Part shown: piece after piece, positions 9,787 to 17,924 of the stretch
Layout of the letters: each line of letters starts with the position of its first letter
Position numbering within the stretch: the first letter of the stretch is position 1
DNA from: Candidatus Komeilibacteria bacterium
GTDB taxonomy: Bacteria; Patescibacteriota; Patescibacteriia; UBA1558; 2-01-FULL-52-15
DNA length: 64,000 bases
Direction: 5' to 3'
NCBI GenBank assembly: GCA_043801745.1
Contig: JAZDLR010000013.1
Coordinates: 9,608 to 73,607 of the forward strand
Translations under genes and position numbers: made by a program
Notes under the pieces: generated by a model
Database searches by the model: none
Told to the model about the DNA's origin: nothing
The model's input: only the letters and a program-made list of their open reading frames with translations

Positions 9787-10444
9787 ATTTTTAGCCTTGG
9801 CCGGTATTGCCAGCCGGCGGGAAGCTGAGCAGTTGATTACAGCCGGTAAGGTTTTGGTCAATGGCAAGCCGCACCTGGAGCTGGGCCGTCCGATTGATGA
9901 AAATAGAGATGTCGTTGTCTTTCGTGGCCAACCAGTGAGAGCTGAAGCCAAAGTTTACTATTTAGTGCACAAGCCGATCGGTTATCTATCGGCCAATAAG
10001 GATAGTTACACGGATCTGGTAGTTACTAAGCTGGTTCCTATTCAGCCAAAAGTTTATCCGGTGGGTCGTCTGGATAAAGATTCCAGCGGCTTAATGTTGT
10101 TAACTAATGATGGTGATTTAACTTATCAGCTGACTCATCCTAAGTTTGCCGTTGAAAAAGAATATGAAGTAACCACCGATAAACCGGTTACGGCGGCTTT
10201 GTTGGCGGATTTAAAAAAGGGAGTGAAATTGGCTGAGGGATTGGCGGTTATTGATAACGGTAAAATTATTGGTCCGAAAAAATTCAGTCTGACTTTGCAT
10301 CAGGGCTGGAACCGGCAAATTCGTCGGATGTTAGGTCACTTAGGTATTGGCGTAGTTGGTTTAGTCCGGGTCCGGGAGGGAAATCTGAAATTAGGTAGTT
10401 TGCCTGTGGGCAAGTATAAAAAAATTACCCAGCCGCATTTATGA
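9770..10444 (+). CDS. rluB: pseudouridine synthase, RsuA/RluB family
   Basis: S4 domain (IASRREAEQLITAGKVLVNG) plus the catalytic motif GRLDKDSSGLMLLTNDG. Confidence 0.8.
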   Translation: MIRLAKFLALAGIASRREAEQLITAGKVLVNGKPHLELGRPIDENRDVVVFRGQPVRAEAKVYYLVHKPIGYLSANKDSYTDLVVTKLVPIQPKVYPVGRLDKDSSGLMLLTNDGDLTYQLTHPKFAVEKEYEVTTDKPVTAALLADLKKGVKLAEGLAVIDNGKIIGPKKFSLTLHQGWNRQIRRMLGHLGIGVVGLVRVREGNLKLGSLPVGKYKKITQPHL

Positions 10445-11391
10445 CCAGTTTCGTACAATTTTGCGCGGCCATCATTACTCTGTTAGGCTTATCTCTAAGC
10501 CAAACGCCGCAGCTTTATACTTTAGTCTGGCATGAGCGGGCCGAACCGGTGGGTTCTGTCTGGACTTGGAGTAAACAATCAACAGTTGGAGCTCCGGTGA
10601 AAATTAATAGGGATTCTTTAGGTGTGGCGGTCGCAGCGCCGACAGCGATTATTATCGACGGTCAGAGCGGTGCTACGCTCTGGGAGAAAAATCCGGCCGA
10701 TGTCCGCGCCATTGGCAGTATTACTAAACTCATGTCAGTGTTAGTTTTCTTAGATCATAATCCTGGCTGGAATACAGTTGTCACCATTACAGCCGCAGAT
10801 CAAGCGAACGACGGCAGAAGTAACTTTGTGGTTGGCGAACAAATTAAAGTCCGGGATTTATTGGCTGCCAGTCTGATCCCGTCTGATAATGACGCGACGC
10901 AGACTCTGGCGCGGATTAGCGGTCTGTCATCAGAGGACTTTGTGAAAGCCATGAACGATAAAGCCCGCAGTTTAGGCATGACGCAGACGGTTTTCACCGA
11001 ACCGACCGGCCTGTCAGCTGATAATGTCTCCACTGCCCGCGAAGTAATAGTTTTTGCTCGGGAAGCTTTTGCCCGCCCGGAAATTGCCGTTTTTGTCAGC
11101 GATAAGGAATATCAATTTACTTCCGTAAGTGGTCAGCAACATCGATTAAAATCCACCAATAAACTTTTCGGCTCTATTATTGGTATTAAACAAGCCAAGA
11201 CTGGTTTTATTGATCAGGCTGGTCATTGTATGGTGGCCAAAGTTGAGGATAAAGGGCGAATTATTTTTACCGCTGTGCTGGGAGCGCCAACTGATGCCGA
11301 CCGTTTTCAAGATACTAAAATGTTAAGCTATTGGGCTTTTCATAATTGGCGTTGGCCCCAAGAGGCTAATCCGCCGCAGTTAGTGCTATAA
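10441..11391 (+). CDS. D-alanyl-D-alanine carboxypeptidase (PBP5/DacA family)
   Basis: SITK, SDN and KTG active-site motifs with an N-terminal signal peptide. Confidence 0.75.
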   Translation: MTSFVQFCAAIITLLGLSLSQTPQLYTLVWHERAEPVGSVWTWSKQSTVGAPVKINRDSLGVAVAAPTAIIIDGQSGATLWEKNPADVRAIGSITKLMSVLVFLDHNPGWNTVVTITAADQANDGRSNFVVGEQIKVRDLLAASLIPSDNDATQTLARISGLSSEDFVKAMNDKARSLGMTQTVFTEPTGLSADNVSTAREVIVFAREAFARPEIAVFVSDKEYQFTSVSGQQHRLKSTNKLFGSIIGIKQAKTGFIDQAGHCMVAKVEDKGRIIFTAVLGAPTDADRFQDTKMLSYWAFHNWRWPQEANPPQLVL

Positions 11392-11396
11392 TATCA

Positions 11397-12161
11397 GTGA
11401 TGAAACCTCTGATTATCGGCAATTGGAAAATGAACTTAAGCCTGCAGGAGGCCGTGTCTTTGGCGCGTTCCGTGCGCCAACGTTTAGTTTTGAATCGGTC
11501 AGGCAATAAAGCGGAAGTAGTTCTGTGTCCCAGCTTTGAGGCCCTGGTTTCAGTAAAGAAGGTGTTGGGTCGCGGTCAGATTGAGTTGGGTGGTCAGGAC
11601 GTTTTTTGGCAAGCTTACGGACCGTTTACCGGTGAAGTGACGGCGCAGAATTTAGCCGACTTAGGTTGTCGCTATGTGATTGTCGGACATTCGGAACGAA
11701 GGCAGCATTTGGCGGAAACTAATGAGATGATTAACCGTAAGGTCAAGGCCGTGCTAGAAGCTGGTATGATTCCAATTCTCTGCGTGGGCGAAACTATTGA
11801 AGAACGCCGCGAGCAGCAGCAAGATTTAACAGTGATGACGCAAATTATTGAAGGCTTAGCCGGTATTCAATTAACCGCCGACCAATCATTAGTCATCGCT
11901 TACGAACCAGTCTGGGTTATTGGTTCTGGTCAAGCCATCAATCCGCCCGAAGCTGGTCGTATGAGTTGGGTGGCACGGCAGGCTTTAATTGATATTTTTC
12001 CTCTGACTACGGTGCAGCAGCAAACCAGGATTATTTATGGCGGCAGCGTTGATGACGTCAATATTAAAAGTTTTCATGATTTAGAATTGATCAGCGGTTT
12101 TTTAGTCGGCGGATCTAGTCTAGATAGTCATAAATTTATTGATTTAATTAAAGCACTCTAA
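11397..12161 (+). CDS. tpiA: triosephosphate isomerase
   Basis: IGNWKMN, VIVGHSERR and AYEPVWVIGSG motifs. Confidence 0.9.
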   Translation: MMKPLIIGNWKMNLSLQEAVSLARSVRQRLVLNRSGNKAEVVLCPSFEALVSVKKVLGRGQIELGGQDVFWQAYGPFTGEVTAQNLADLGCRYVIVGHSERRQHLAETNEMINRKVKAVLEAGMIPILCVGETIEERREQQQDLTVMTQIIEGLAGIQLTADQSLVIAYEPVWVIGSGQAINPPEAGRMSWVARQALIDIFPLTTVQQQTRIIYGGSVDDVNIKSFHDLELISGFLVGGSSLDSHKFIDLIKAL

Positions 12162-13054
12162 TGATTGAAGATTTATTGTTGACAGTCCGCAAAGCGCAAA
12201 AAAAGCATTATGCCATCCCGGCTTTCAATGTTTCTGATTTGGAAATGGTGCAGGCCATAATCCGTGCGGCCGTGAAAATGAAGTCACCGGTCATTGTTCA
12301 GACTAGTGAATCAGCCTTAAAATACGCCGGTGCTAAAACTCTGGCTATGATTATTAGTTCAGTGGCCGCGGATATTGGTCAAGCTGTGCCGGTGGCAATT
12401 CATTTGGATCATGGCAAACATCAGGCGGTCATTAATCAGTGTTTGCGTAATGGTTTTAATTCTGTGCACCGTGATGCTTCGGAATTGCCTTTAGCTAAAA
12501 ATATCGCAGCCACGAGAAAAACAGTTTTGGCCGCCAGGAAATTTAAGGCCCGCGTCCAGGGAGAATTAGGAGCCATTTTTGGCCTGGAAGGTTTAACTAA
12601 ATTGAAGCAGGGCTTTGATCAGCGGCAGATGATGACAGATCCGCGGCAAGTCAAGGAATTTGTCGGCAGGACTGGAATTGATACTCTGGCTATTTCAGTC
12701 GGTACTATTCACGGATCGTTTAAAGGCGTGGAACATATAGATGTTAAGCTGATCAAAGCTATTGCTCGAGAAGTAACGACTCCTTTAGTTTTGCACGGTG
12801 GTTCTGGCAATGATCCGCGGCAAATTAAAGCTGCTATTAAAGCTGGCGTCTGCATTATTAATGTGGACACGGATTTGCGTTTAGCCTTGGTTAGCGGCAT
12901 GCGCCGTGCCTTGAAAAAACCCAGTAAAGCTGGTAAGGTTGACCCTCGCGCAATTTTGTTAGAATCATACGCGCCCATGCAGGCGGAAGCCGAGCGGCTG
13001 ATGAAATTGTTTGGCAGCGCGGGTCGAGCTCAGCTCGATGCGGGTCGAGCTTAA
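12161..13054 (+). CDS. fba: fructose-bisphosphate aldolase class II
   Basis: Class II aldolase architecture (AIPAFNV, HLDHG, LVLHGGSG). Confidence 0.85.
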   Translation: MIEDLLLTVRKAQKKHYAIPAFNVSDLEMVQAIIRAAVKMKSPVIVQTSESALKYAGAKTLAMIISSVAADIGQAVPVAIHLDHGKHQAVINQCLRNGFNSVHRDASELPLAKNIAATRKTVLAARKFKARVQGELGAIFGLEGLTKLKQGFDQRQMMTDPRQVKEFVGRTGIDTLAISVGTIHGSFKGVEHIDVKLIKAIAREVTTPLVLHGGSGNDPRQIKAAIKAGVCIINVDTDLRLALVSGMRRALKKPSKAGKVDPRAILLESYAPMQAEAERLMKLFGSAGRAQLDAGRA

Positions 13055-13055
13055 T

Positions 13056-13940
13056 ATGATTTGGAACTATTTATTTATCGCTCTGATAATCGTTTCGGCC
13101 GGTTATTTACTGTCCCTTTTTTGGCGTCAGCGTAAGATGCTGGCCACTATTAATGTGGAGCGCGTCCCCGGCGTCAAGGATCAGCAAGTTAAAAGTCGTT
13201 TGTTAGAAGCTAAGTTGAAGCGGACCATTGGCGAACACTGGGGTAATGCACGCCGTTTTATCGGTTGGCATCCACGGAAATTATCTGACAGTATAAAATT
13301 CCTGCAGCAGCGCTTACAACAGTTAGAACGCGAGTACCGCCGGATTATTCATAAAGATCTGTCGTCCGAAGTGAAGAAGAGTAAAGCGATTGAAGATTTA
13401 TTGATTGGTGCCCGCACTTATTTGGATCAAGGTGAATATGCTAAAGCGGAAGAGGTTTTGATTGACGCCTTGTCACTCAATGATCATAACGTGGAAGCTT
13501 ACTTTATTTTGGCGCGGGTTTATCAAGGCAAGAAAGAATTAGATCATGCCCGTGAAACTCTGGAATATCTTTTGCGTCTGACTCATAATGAAGATCCTCA
13601 AGTTTTTGAGCAAATGGCCGCTTTATCTCTGGAGCGTGGCAATTTGAAGGAAGCAGAGGAGGAATATTTGCGTTCCATTTCTTTGGATGAAAATAATTAT
13701 CTTTATTATTTTGAGCTGGCCGGTATTTACCGTGATATGGAAGAATTAGTTCAGGCTTTGGAAATAGCCAAGAAGGCTTTGGTATTGGCGCCTAATAATC
13801 CCAAGATTTTAGATTTTCTAATTGAGCTGGCCATTGCGCAACAGGATAAAATTGAAGCTAAACAGTATCTGGAACGGTTAATGGAAGTTAATCCGGATAA
13901 TAATAAGATTGAAGATTTCCGGCAGAGGATTGAGGGTTAG
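13056..13940 (+). CDS. TPR-repeat membrane-anchored protein
   Basis: N-terminal TM then several TPR-like repeats. ATG directly after the fba stop. Confidence 0.6.
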   Translation: MIWNYLFIALIIVSAGYLLSLFWRQRKMLATINVERVPGVKDQQVKSRLLEAKLKRTIGEHWGNARRFIGWHPRKLSDSIKFLQQRLQQLEREYRRIIHKDLSSEVKKSKAIEDLLIGARTYLDQGEYAKAEEVLIDALSLNDHNVEAYFILARVYQGKKELDHARETLEYLLRLTHNEDPQVFEQMAALSLERGNLKEAEEEYLRSISLDENNYLYYFELAGIYRDMEELVQALEIAKKALVLAPNNPKILDFLIELAIAQQDKIEAKQYLERLMEVNPDNNKIEDFRQRIEG

Positions 13941-13987
13941 AAGTTAGAAGTTTGGAGTAAGAAGTAGGGGCAGATTTTTTATTCGTA

Positions 13988-14015
13988 TTGACAGTAATTA
14001 CCAATCTGCTAAGTT
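13988..14015 (+). promoter_or_regulatory. sigma70-like promoter upstream of the riboswitch
   Basis: TTGACA, 16-nt spacer, TAAGTT. Confidence 0.35.
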
Positions 14016-14034
14016 AACCGTACAACTAAATTAA

Positions 14035-14178
14035 TTACGTATCCAGAGAGTAGAGATGCTAAGGGACCGGCCCGATGCTCTACCTGCAACCAATTAAGTT
14101 TGGTGCAAATTCCGTCCTCATGAGTGGGGCGAAGATGCTTAAATGTTTTGGATACGTCGCAATTACAGCGACTTTTTT
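14035..14178 (+). promoter_or_regulatory. SAM-I (S-box) riboswitch with terminator expression platform
   Basis: Matches SAM-I conserved words: GGGAC.GGCCCGATG (K-turn region), GCAACCA...GGTGCAAATTCC (P3/J3-4), ATGAG and GATGCTTAA pairing with the 5' TTACGTATC (P1). Followed by terminator GTCGC-aattaca-GCGAC-TTTTTT. Confidence 0.65.
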
Positions 14179-14214
14179 CATATATAAGCGCCAATTCGAC
14201 GTACTATAAACAGT

Positions 14215-14249
14215 ATCACGCTATCTTTGTGGGGAACGTGATTTTTTTG
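14215..14249 (+). terminator. second intrinsic terminator
   Basis: ATCACG...CGTGAT stem followed by TTTTTTT. Confidence 0.45.
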
Positions 14250-14310
14250 TTGCAGTTCTTTTACATCATCTCCAATGTGCTGACAGTGCTTCATCTGACT
14301 GGAGGAAAAT

Positions 14311-14487
14311 ATGAAACGAAAGGTGCTCAAACAGACCGGATTGTCCGTTGACGAAACGCGAAGGGCGCTTAAAAGTGAAGATCCTGTTAAGATCGGATCT
14401 GGGCTGAAAGACCCAGTTTCCATTTTGATGCTAATTAAGCAGGTGGCATCCAGAAGGAGGAGTAAGACAAAACAGCACACAAACTGA
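14311..14487 (+). CDS. 58-aa basic hypothetical protein downstream of the SAM riboswitch
   Basis: Strong SD GGAGGA 5 nt before the ATG. Product MKRKVLKQTGLSVDETRRALKSEDPVKIGSGLKDPVSILMLIKQVASRRRSKTKQHTN. Absent from the ORF track because it is under 60 aa. Confidence 0.4.
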   Translation: MKRKVLKQTGLSVDETRRALKSEDPVKIGSGLKDPVSILMLIKQVASRRRSKTKQHTN

Positions 14488-14530
14488 AGGCGAATTACAT
14501 TTACGTTTAGTATCCCGCCTTTAGTTATCG

Positions 14531-14567
14531 AGCGGCATGTCCATCATGGGTGTGCCGCTTTTCTATT
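14531..14567 (+). terminator. intrinsic terminator after the small ORF
   Basis: AGCGGCA...TGCCGCT stem followed by TTTCTATT. Confidence 0.4.
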
Positions 14568-14599
14568 AAAAAAAACAGCCGATGAGGTTGTTTTTTTAA

Positions 14600-14686
14600 T
14601 GGTGGGCCGGGTAGGGTTCGAACCTACGAAGGCGCAAGGCCAGCAGATTTACAGTCTGCCCCGTTTGACCACTTCGGTACCGACCC
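14600..14686 (-). tRNA. tRNA-Tyr(GTA)
   Basis: Cloverleaf with anticodon loop CTGTAAA, long variable arm, GGTTCGAACC T-arm and encoded CCA. Confidence 0.85.
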
Positions 14687-14802
14687 ATAAGCCAAAGGCT
14701 TATTATTTTTGATTGTAAAAGATTTTTGTCTCTTATTGTGGGCCCTTGGCCCATGGAGCCGAGAATCCCGCAAAACTATTTCGTCAACTCTTATTTTAAT
14801 TT

Positions 14803-14878
14803 TGGAGCCATCCGTCGGAATCGAACCGACGACCTACGGTTTACAAAACCGTTGCTCTACCAGCTGAGCTAGGATGGC
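14803..14878 (-). tRNA. tRNA-Thr(TGT)
   Basis: GCCATCC acceptor, anticodon loop TTTGTAA, T-arm GGTTCGATTCC, encoded CCA. Confidence 0.85.
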
Positions 14879-14918
14879 GGACTTTTAATTGGTGATTAAT
14901 GAACCTTCGTCAATGCGG

Positions 14919-15024
14919 GACGACCTACGGTTTATCCCGCCACCTTTATTAAATTTAAATGAAGGCGGGACCCCGCCAAAGGCGGTGGCAAAACCGTTGC
15001 TCTACCAGCTGAGCTATCTCGGCC
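14919..15024 (-). pseudogene. tRNA-Thr(TGT)-derived pseudo-tRNA with a 53-nt insertion in the anticodon loop and no T-arm
   Basis: 28 nt (TAGCTCAGCTGGTAGAGCAACGGTTTTG) and 16 nt (TAAACCGTAGGTCGTC) are identical to the adjacent tRNA-Thr. They are split by CCACCGCCTTTGGCGGGGTCCCGCC...GGTGGCGGGA. The 3' part lacks a T-stem and acceptor strand. Confidence 0.5.
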
Positions 15025-15031
15025 TATTCGC

Positions 15032-15105
15032 TGGCAGGGGTGGAGGGAATCGAACCCCCGACATCGGTTTTGGAGACCCATGTTATTCCACTTAACTACA
15101 CCCCC
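15032..15105 (-). tRNA. tRNA-Trp(CCA)
   Basis: GGTCTCCAAAACC anticodon arm as in the E. coli tRNA-Trp I recall. T-arm GGTTCGATTCC, CCCCTG-CCA end. Confidence 0.85.
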
Positions 15106-15125
15106 ACATATTTTTTTGCTACTGA

Positions 15126-15154
15126 TTTATATATACTTTTGGGTATTTTGTAAA
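15126..15154 (-). promoter_or_regulatory. candidate promoter of the tRNA cluster
   Basis: Minus strand reads TTTACA, 17-nt spacer, TATAAA, about 20 nt before tRNA-Trp. Confidence 0.35.
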
Positions 15155-15254
15155 GGGCTACATTATTATACCTTATTGGTAAGCGTTTCTGATAGTCCTG
15201 GCGGCCAGCTCGACGTAACGACTAAGTTCTGACAGCGCGCTGTTAGCTTTTAGT

Positions 15255-15312
15255 TAAAAAATCCCCCGCGTGAGAGCACCAGGCCAAAACCTGATACTGC
15301 TTCACGCGGGGG
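15255..15312 (-). terminator. intrinsic terminator of the island 3 gene
   Basis: 11-bp stem CCCCCGCGTGA/TCACGCGGGGG followed by ATTTTTT on the minus strand. Confidence 0.5.
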
Positions 15313-15326
15313 AAAGGCGCGGCCGA

Positions 15327-15890
15327 CTACTTTACCTCGGCCTGCTCTTCAGGGTTCGCATAGACCGCCCAGTGGCAGGTCAGGCGCCTGAACTCGGACC
15401 AGGCCATGTGCTTCTCCAGCATGCCATCGTCAGTGACGGCGAGGATGGGGAAGCGACGGGCACCGTCCTTCAGCCAGTAGTCGTCTGGGAAACCCACTCC
15501 TCTCCTGGCACTCTTGATTGAGCTCGGGGTCATGGGGTCGTCCCAGGATCCGTCGTGGGGCAAGATGTCCTTGAGGCTCTCGAGTGTCGGAAATCTAGCA
15601 TGGAACGGTCCCATCCACCAGCCCGAAGCCGGCTGTCCGTACGGGAGGAGCGCTTGCTTCATCGTATTCAGGTTAGGCCGGATAACGCCGTGCAATATCA
15701 CTAGCTTGAAATTTCCCACGACATTGAAGGGAGGTCCCGTACCCCCCGAGTAAACCCACCCCCGAGGATCATCTCCGCAGGCGCGGACCAACTCCATGGG
15801 GTCGAATGGGGTTGCGAGCGTGAGCTGAAACACCTTGCTCACGCTGACCTGGTCGGTCTGGTCTTCGATGGTCACAATAGGTTCAGTCAT
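15327..15890 (-). CDS. hypothetical protein (GC-rich island 3)
   Basis: 187-aa ORF at ~60% GC. SD GGAGGA 6 nt upstream in the context CACCAAACCACGGAGGATACTATG. No recognisable domain. Confidence 0.55.
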   Translation of the reverse strand: MTEPIVTIEDQTDQVSVSKVFQLTLATPFDPMELVRACGDDPRGWVYSGGTGPPFNVVGNFKLVILHGVIRPNLNTMKQALLPYGQPASGWWMGPFHARFPTLESLKDILPHDGSWDDPMTPSSIKSARRGVGFPDDYWLKDGARRFPILAVTDDGMLEKHMAWSEFRRLTCHWAVYANPEEQAEVK

Positions 15891-16086
15891 AGTATCCTCC
15901 GTGGTTTGGTGTTCTTGTTCTCCTTCGCGACATCCGCGTGGTAAGCGCCATAGCTTCTCACCAGATTGTCCGTACAGGCGAAATTGTACTTACAGACTCT
16001 TAAAGGAACCACACACACCCTAACATTATTATCAGTAACGTCAAGGCGTAGGGATCCTTCCCAGGAGGTCGTATGATAATAAAAAG

Positions 16087-16104
16087 ACAAGCGCAGCGCT
16101 TGTT
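16087..16104. terminator. palindromic hairpin ACAAGCGC-ag-GCGCTTGT
   Basis: Perfect 8-bp stem flanked by an A-run and TTTTG. May insulate island 3 from rpmG read-through. Confidence 0.35.
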
Positions 16105-16127
16105 TTGATGGGATTATATATATAAAT

Positions 16128-16153
16128 AAAGAAAGCGCTTTCGCGCTTTCTTT
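16128..16153 (-). terminator. rpmG terminator
   Basis: Perfect 11-bp stem AAAGAAAGCGC/GCGCTTTCTTT with a 4-nt loop, directly after the rpmG stop. Confidence 0.55.
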
Positions 16154-16310
16154 ATACCTTAGTTTCTTTATGTTCAGTATGCTTTTTACAGAACTTGCAG
16201 AACTTGGTCAGTAATAGACGTTCTTTGATCTTTTTCTGATTACGGGTGGTATGGTAGTTCACGTGGTGGCAAACCGAACATTCCAGACCAACTAGATTTT
16301 CTTGAGACAT
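16152..16310 (-). CDS. rpmG: 50S ribosomal protein L33
   Basis: 52-aa product MSQENLVGLECSVCHHVNYHTTRNQKKIKERLLLTKFCKFCKKHTEHKETKV with the C4 zinc ribbon typical of L33. Missing from the ORF track because it is under 60 aa. Confidence 0.8.
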   Translation of the reverse strand: MSQENLVGLECSVCHHVNYHTTRNQKKIKERLLLTKFCKFCKKHTEHKETKV

Positions 16311-16399
16311 AATAATTAATTGAGTTAATTGAACAATTGATTAATTGATTTTTTTAATGATGGCGTGCCAGCCGAAGTCCGCCCAGAGCGGACAAAGGA

Positions 16400-16475
16400 T
16401 GGAGCCGTTGCGCGGGATTGAACCGCGGACCTTCTCCTTACCATGGAGATGCTCTACCAGCTGAGCTACAACGGC
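16400..16475 (-). tRNA. tRNA-Thr(GGT)
   Basis: GCCGTTG acceptor, anticodon loop ATGGTAA, T-arm GGTTCAATCC, encoded CCA. Confidence 0.85.
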
Positions 16476-16702
16476 GGAGATGATGATTGTATATCTATTA
16501 TCTATATTGATGACTGTCTCGTAGATTTTGCCACTGCTCGCCCCGCTGAGCGGGGAGCTACAACGGCGCAAACTGTCATTTTTTGCTTATTTTTACTGTC
16601 CGAGTATAACCAATTGATGGGGTATTGTCAACAAAGACAGTGGTTTAAGTCAGCTTCGGTAAGTGGTATAATTATTATACTTTAAAAGCCTTTCAAATAA
16701 CT

Positions 16703-17293
16703 ATGAAAAAATATATTGCCGAGTTTATCGGTTCACTATTTCTGACCCTGGTGGTCGCCCTGTCTTTAGCTTCTGGATCAGCTGTTCCTATACCGATGGC
16801 AGCCGGTCTGACCTTCGGCTTATTAGTTTATGCTACTGGTCATATTTCTGGAGCGCAGATCAATCCAATTGTAACGATCGGTTTGTGGTTCTGGAAAAAA
16901 ATAAAAGCTAAACAGGCCGGGCTTTATATTATTGCGCAGTTTTTGGGGGCCTGGGGTGCTATGATTATTATTAAATATATGAAAGTGATTCCGGCTACAG
17001 TGGTAGTAGTTAATTCGGTGCCGGTTTTCCTAGCTGAAATGATTGGGTCGATTGTTTTCACTTTTGGTGTCGCGGCAGTAGTTTCCGGCAAAGTACGTGA
17101 GTCTTTAGGTGGTGTTGTTATTGGTGCGGCTTTAATGGTCGGAATCATTCTAGCCGGCGCAGTATCTAACGGTACTTTAAATCCGGCCGTGGCTTATGGT
17201 ATCAGGTCTTTTTCCTGGGTTTACCTTCTGGCTCCTATTGTTGGTTCTTTGATTGGCATGAATTTATTCCGCTGGTTAAATAAGAATTCCTGA
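16703..17293 (+). CDS. MIP-family channel (aquaporin/glycerol facilitator-like)
   Basis: Six TM segments with two NPx motifs (GAQINPIVT and NGTLNPAVA). TG-extended TATAAT promoter upstream. Confidence 0.8.
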   Translation: MKKYIAEFIGSLFLTLVVALSLASGSAVPIPMAAGLTFGLLVYATGHISGAQINPIVTIGLWFWKKIKAKQAGLYIIAQFLGAWGAMIIIKYMKVIPATVVVVNSVPVFLAEMIGSIVFTFGVAAVVSGKVRESLGGVVIGAALMVGIILAGAVSNGTLNPAVAYGIRSFSWVYLLAPIVGSLIGMNLFRWLNKNS

Positions 17294-17294
17294 G

Positions 17295-17699
17295 ATGTCT
17301 GGCTACGAAGAAAAACCGGATAACCGCGGTGGACGTCAAGTAGAGTTTCATATCGGAGTTTCTCCGGATTTTATCAATGCCTGGTCTCACTTGTCTCCGG
17401 TGACAGAATTAATTGACAGTCATCCGGACAATCCAGCTTTAATGCAATTCTCGGAAAAGATTGTGAGACGGGCTCTGAGCCAGGATATTCCCAGCTATGC
17501 CGATTATCTCAGAAAAAAATATGACGCCCAGACAGCAGGGCGTATATTGGAAGAGAGTCGAGCCGATGTAGTAGCTCAATTGGATGAGCTGGCGTCGGAA
17601 TTTAATCGCAATAGAGTTAAGATAGCTGAGGAAAGTGATTGGCCGGCAGTTCATGCGTTATTGGAAAGGGCAGTGCAACTAATTCAACAAGCAAAATAA
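17295..17699 (+). CDS. hypothetical protein
   Basis: 134-aa ORF in host-like composition, translationally coupled to the aquaporin gene. Confidence 0.45.
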   Translation: MSGYEEKPDNRGGRQVEFHIGVSPDFINAWSHLSPVTELIDSHPDNPALMQFSEKIVRRALSQDIPSYADYLRKKYDAQTAGRILEESRADVVAQLDELASEFNRNRVKIAEESDWPAVHALLERAVQLIQQAK

Positions 17700-17700
17700 A

Positions 17701-17922
17701 ATGAAGAAAAAGACTACTAAACGCGATTCTTGGGCCGATGAAATTGCCGCTATTGGCGAGCACCTGAGCAATTTAGGAGCGCATGCCCACGATGTTTTAG
17801 GCGAGGCCCAGCAGCGTTATAAGAAGTTAGATCCGGCGACCAAGAAGAAAGTCAAAGCCGGCATGCTGGCTTTGGGAGCGGTGGCCGCTTTGGCTGTTGT
17901 TAATAAAGTTAGAAAAAAATAA
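17701..17922 (+). CDS. small membrane protein
   Basis: 73 aa with a C-terminal TM (AGMLALGAVAALAVV). Confidence 0.4.
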   Translation: MKKKTTKRDSWADEIAAIGEHLSNLGAHAHDVLGEAQQRYKKLDPATKKKVKAGMLALGAVAALAVVNKVRKK

Positions 17923-17924
17923 CT

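Noticed and set aside
14009-14480. ORFs 14009..14194-, 14124..14351+, 14178..14480-
   Set aside because: They overlap the SAM-I riboswitch, its terminators and the small SD-equipped ORF. No SD sequence, low-complexity translations.
14919-15024. Functional intron-containing tRNA (BHB or group I intron)
   Set aside because: At 53 nt it is far too short for group I. The 3' part lacks a T-arm and acceptor strand, so splicing could not yield a tRNA. Pseudogene is more parsimonious.
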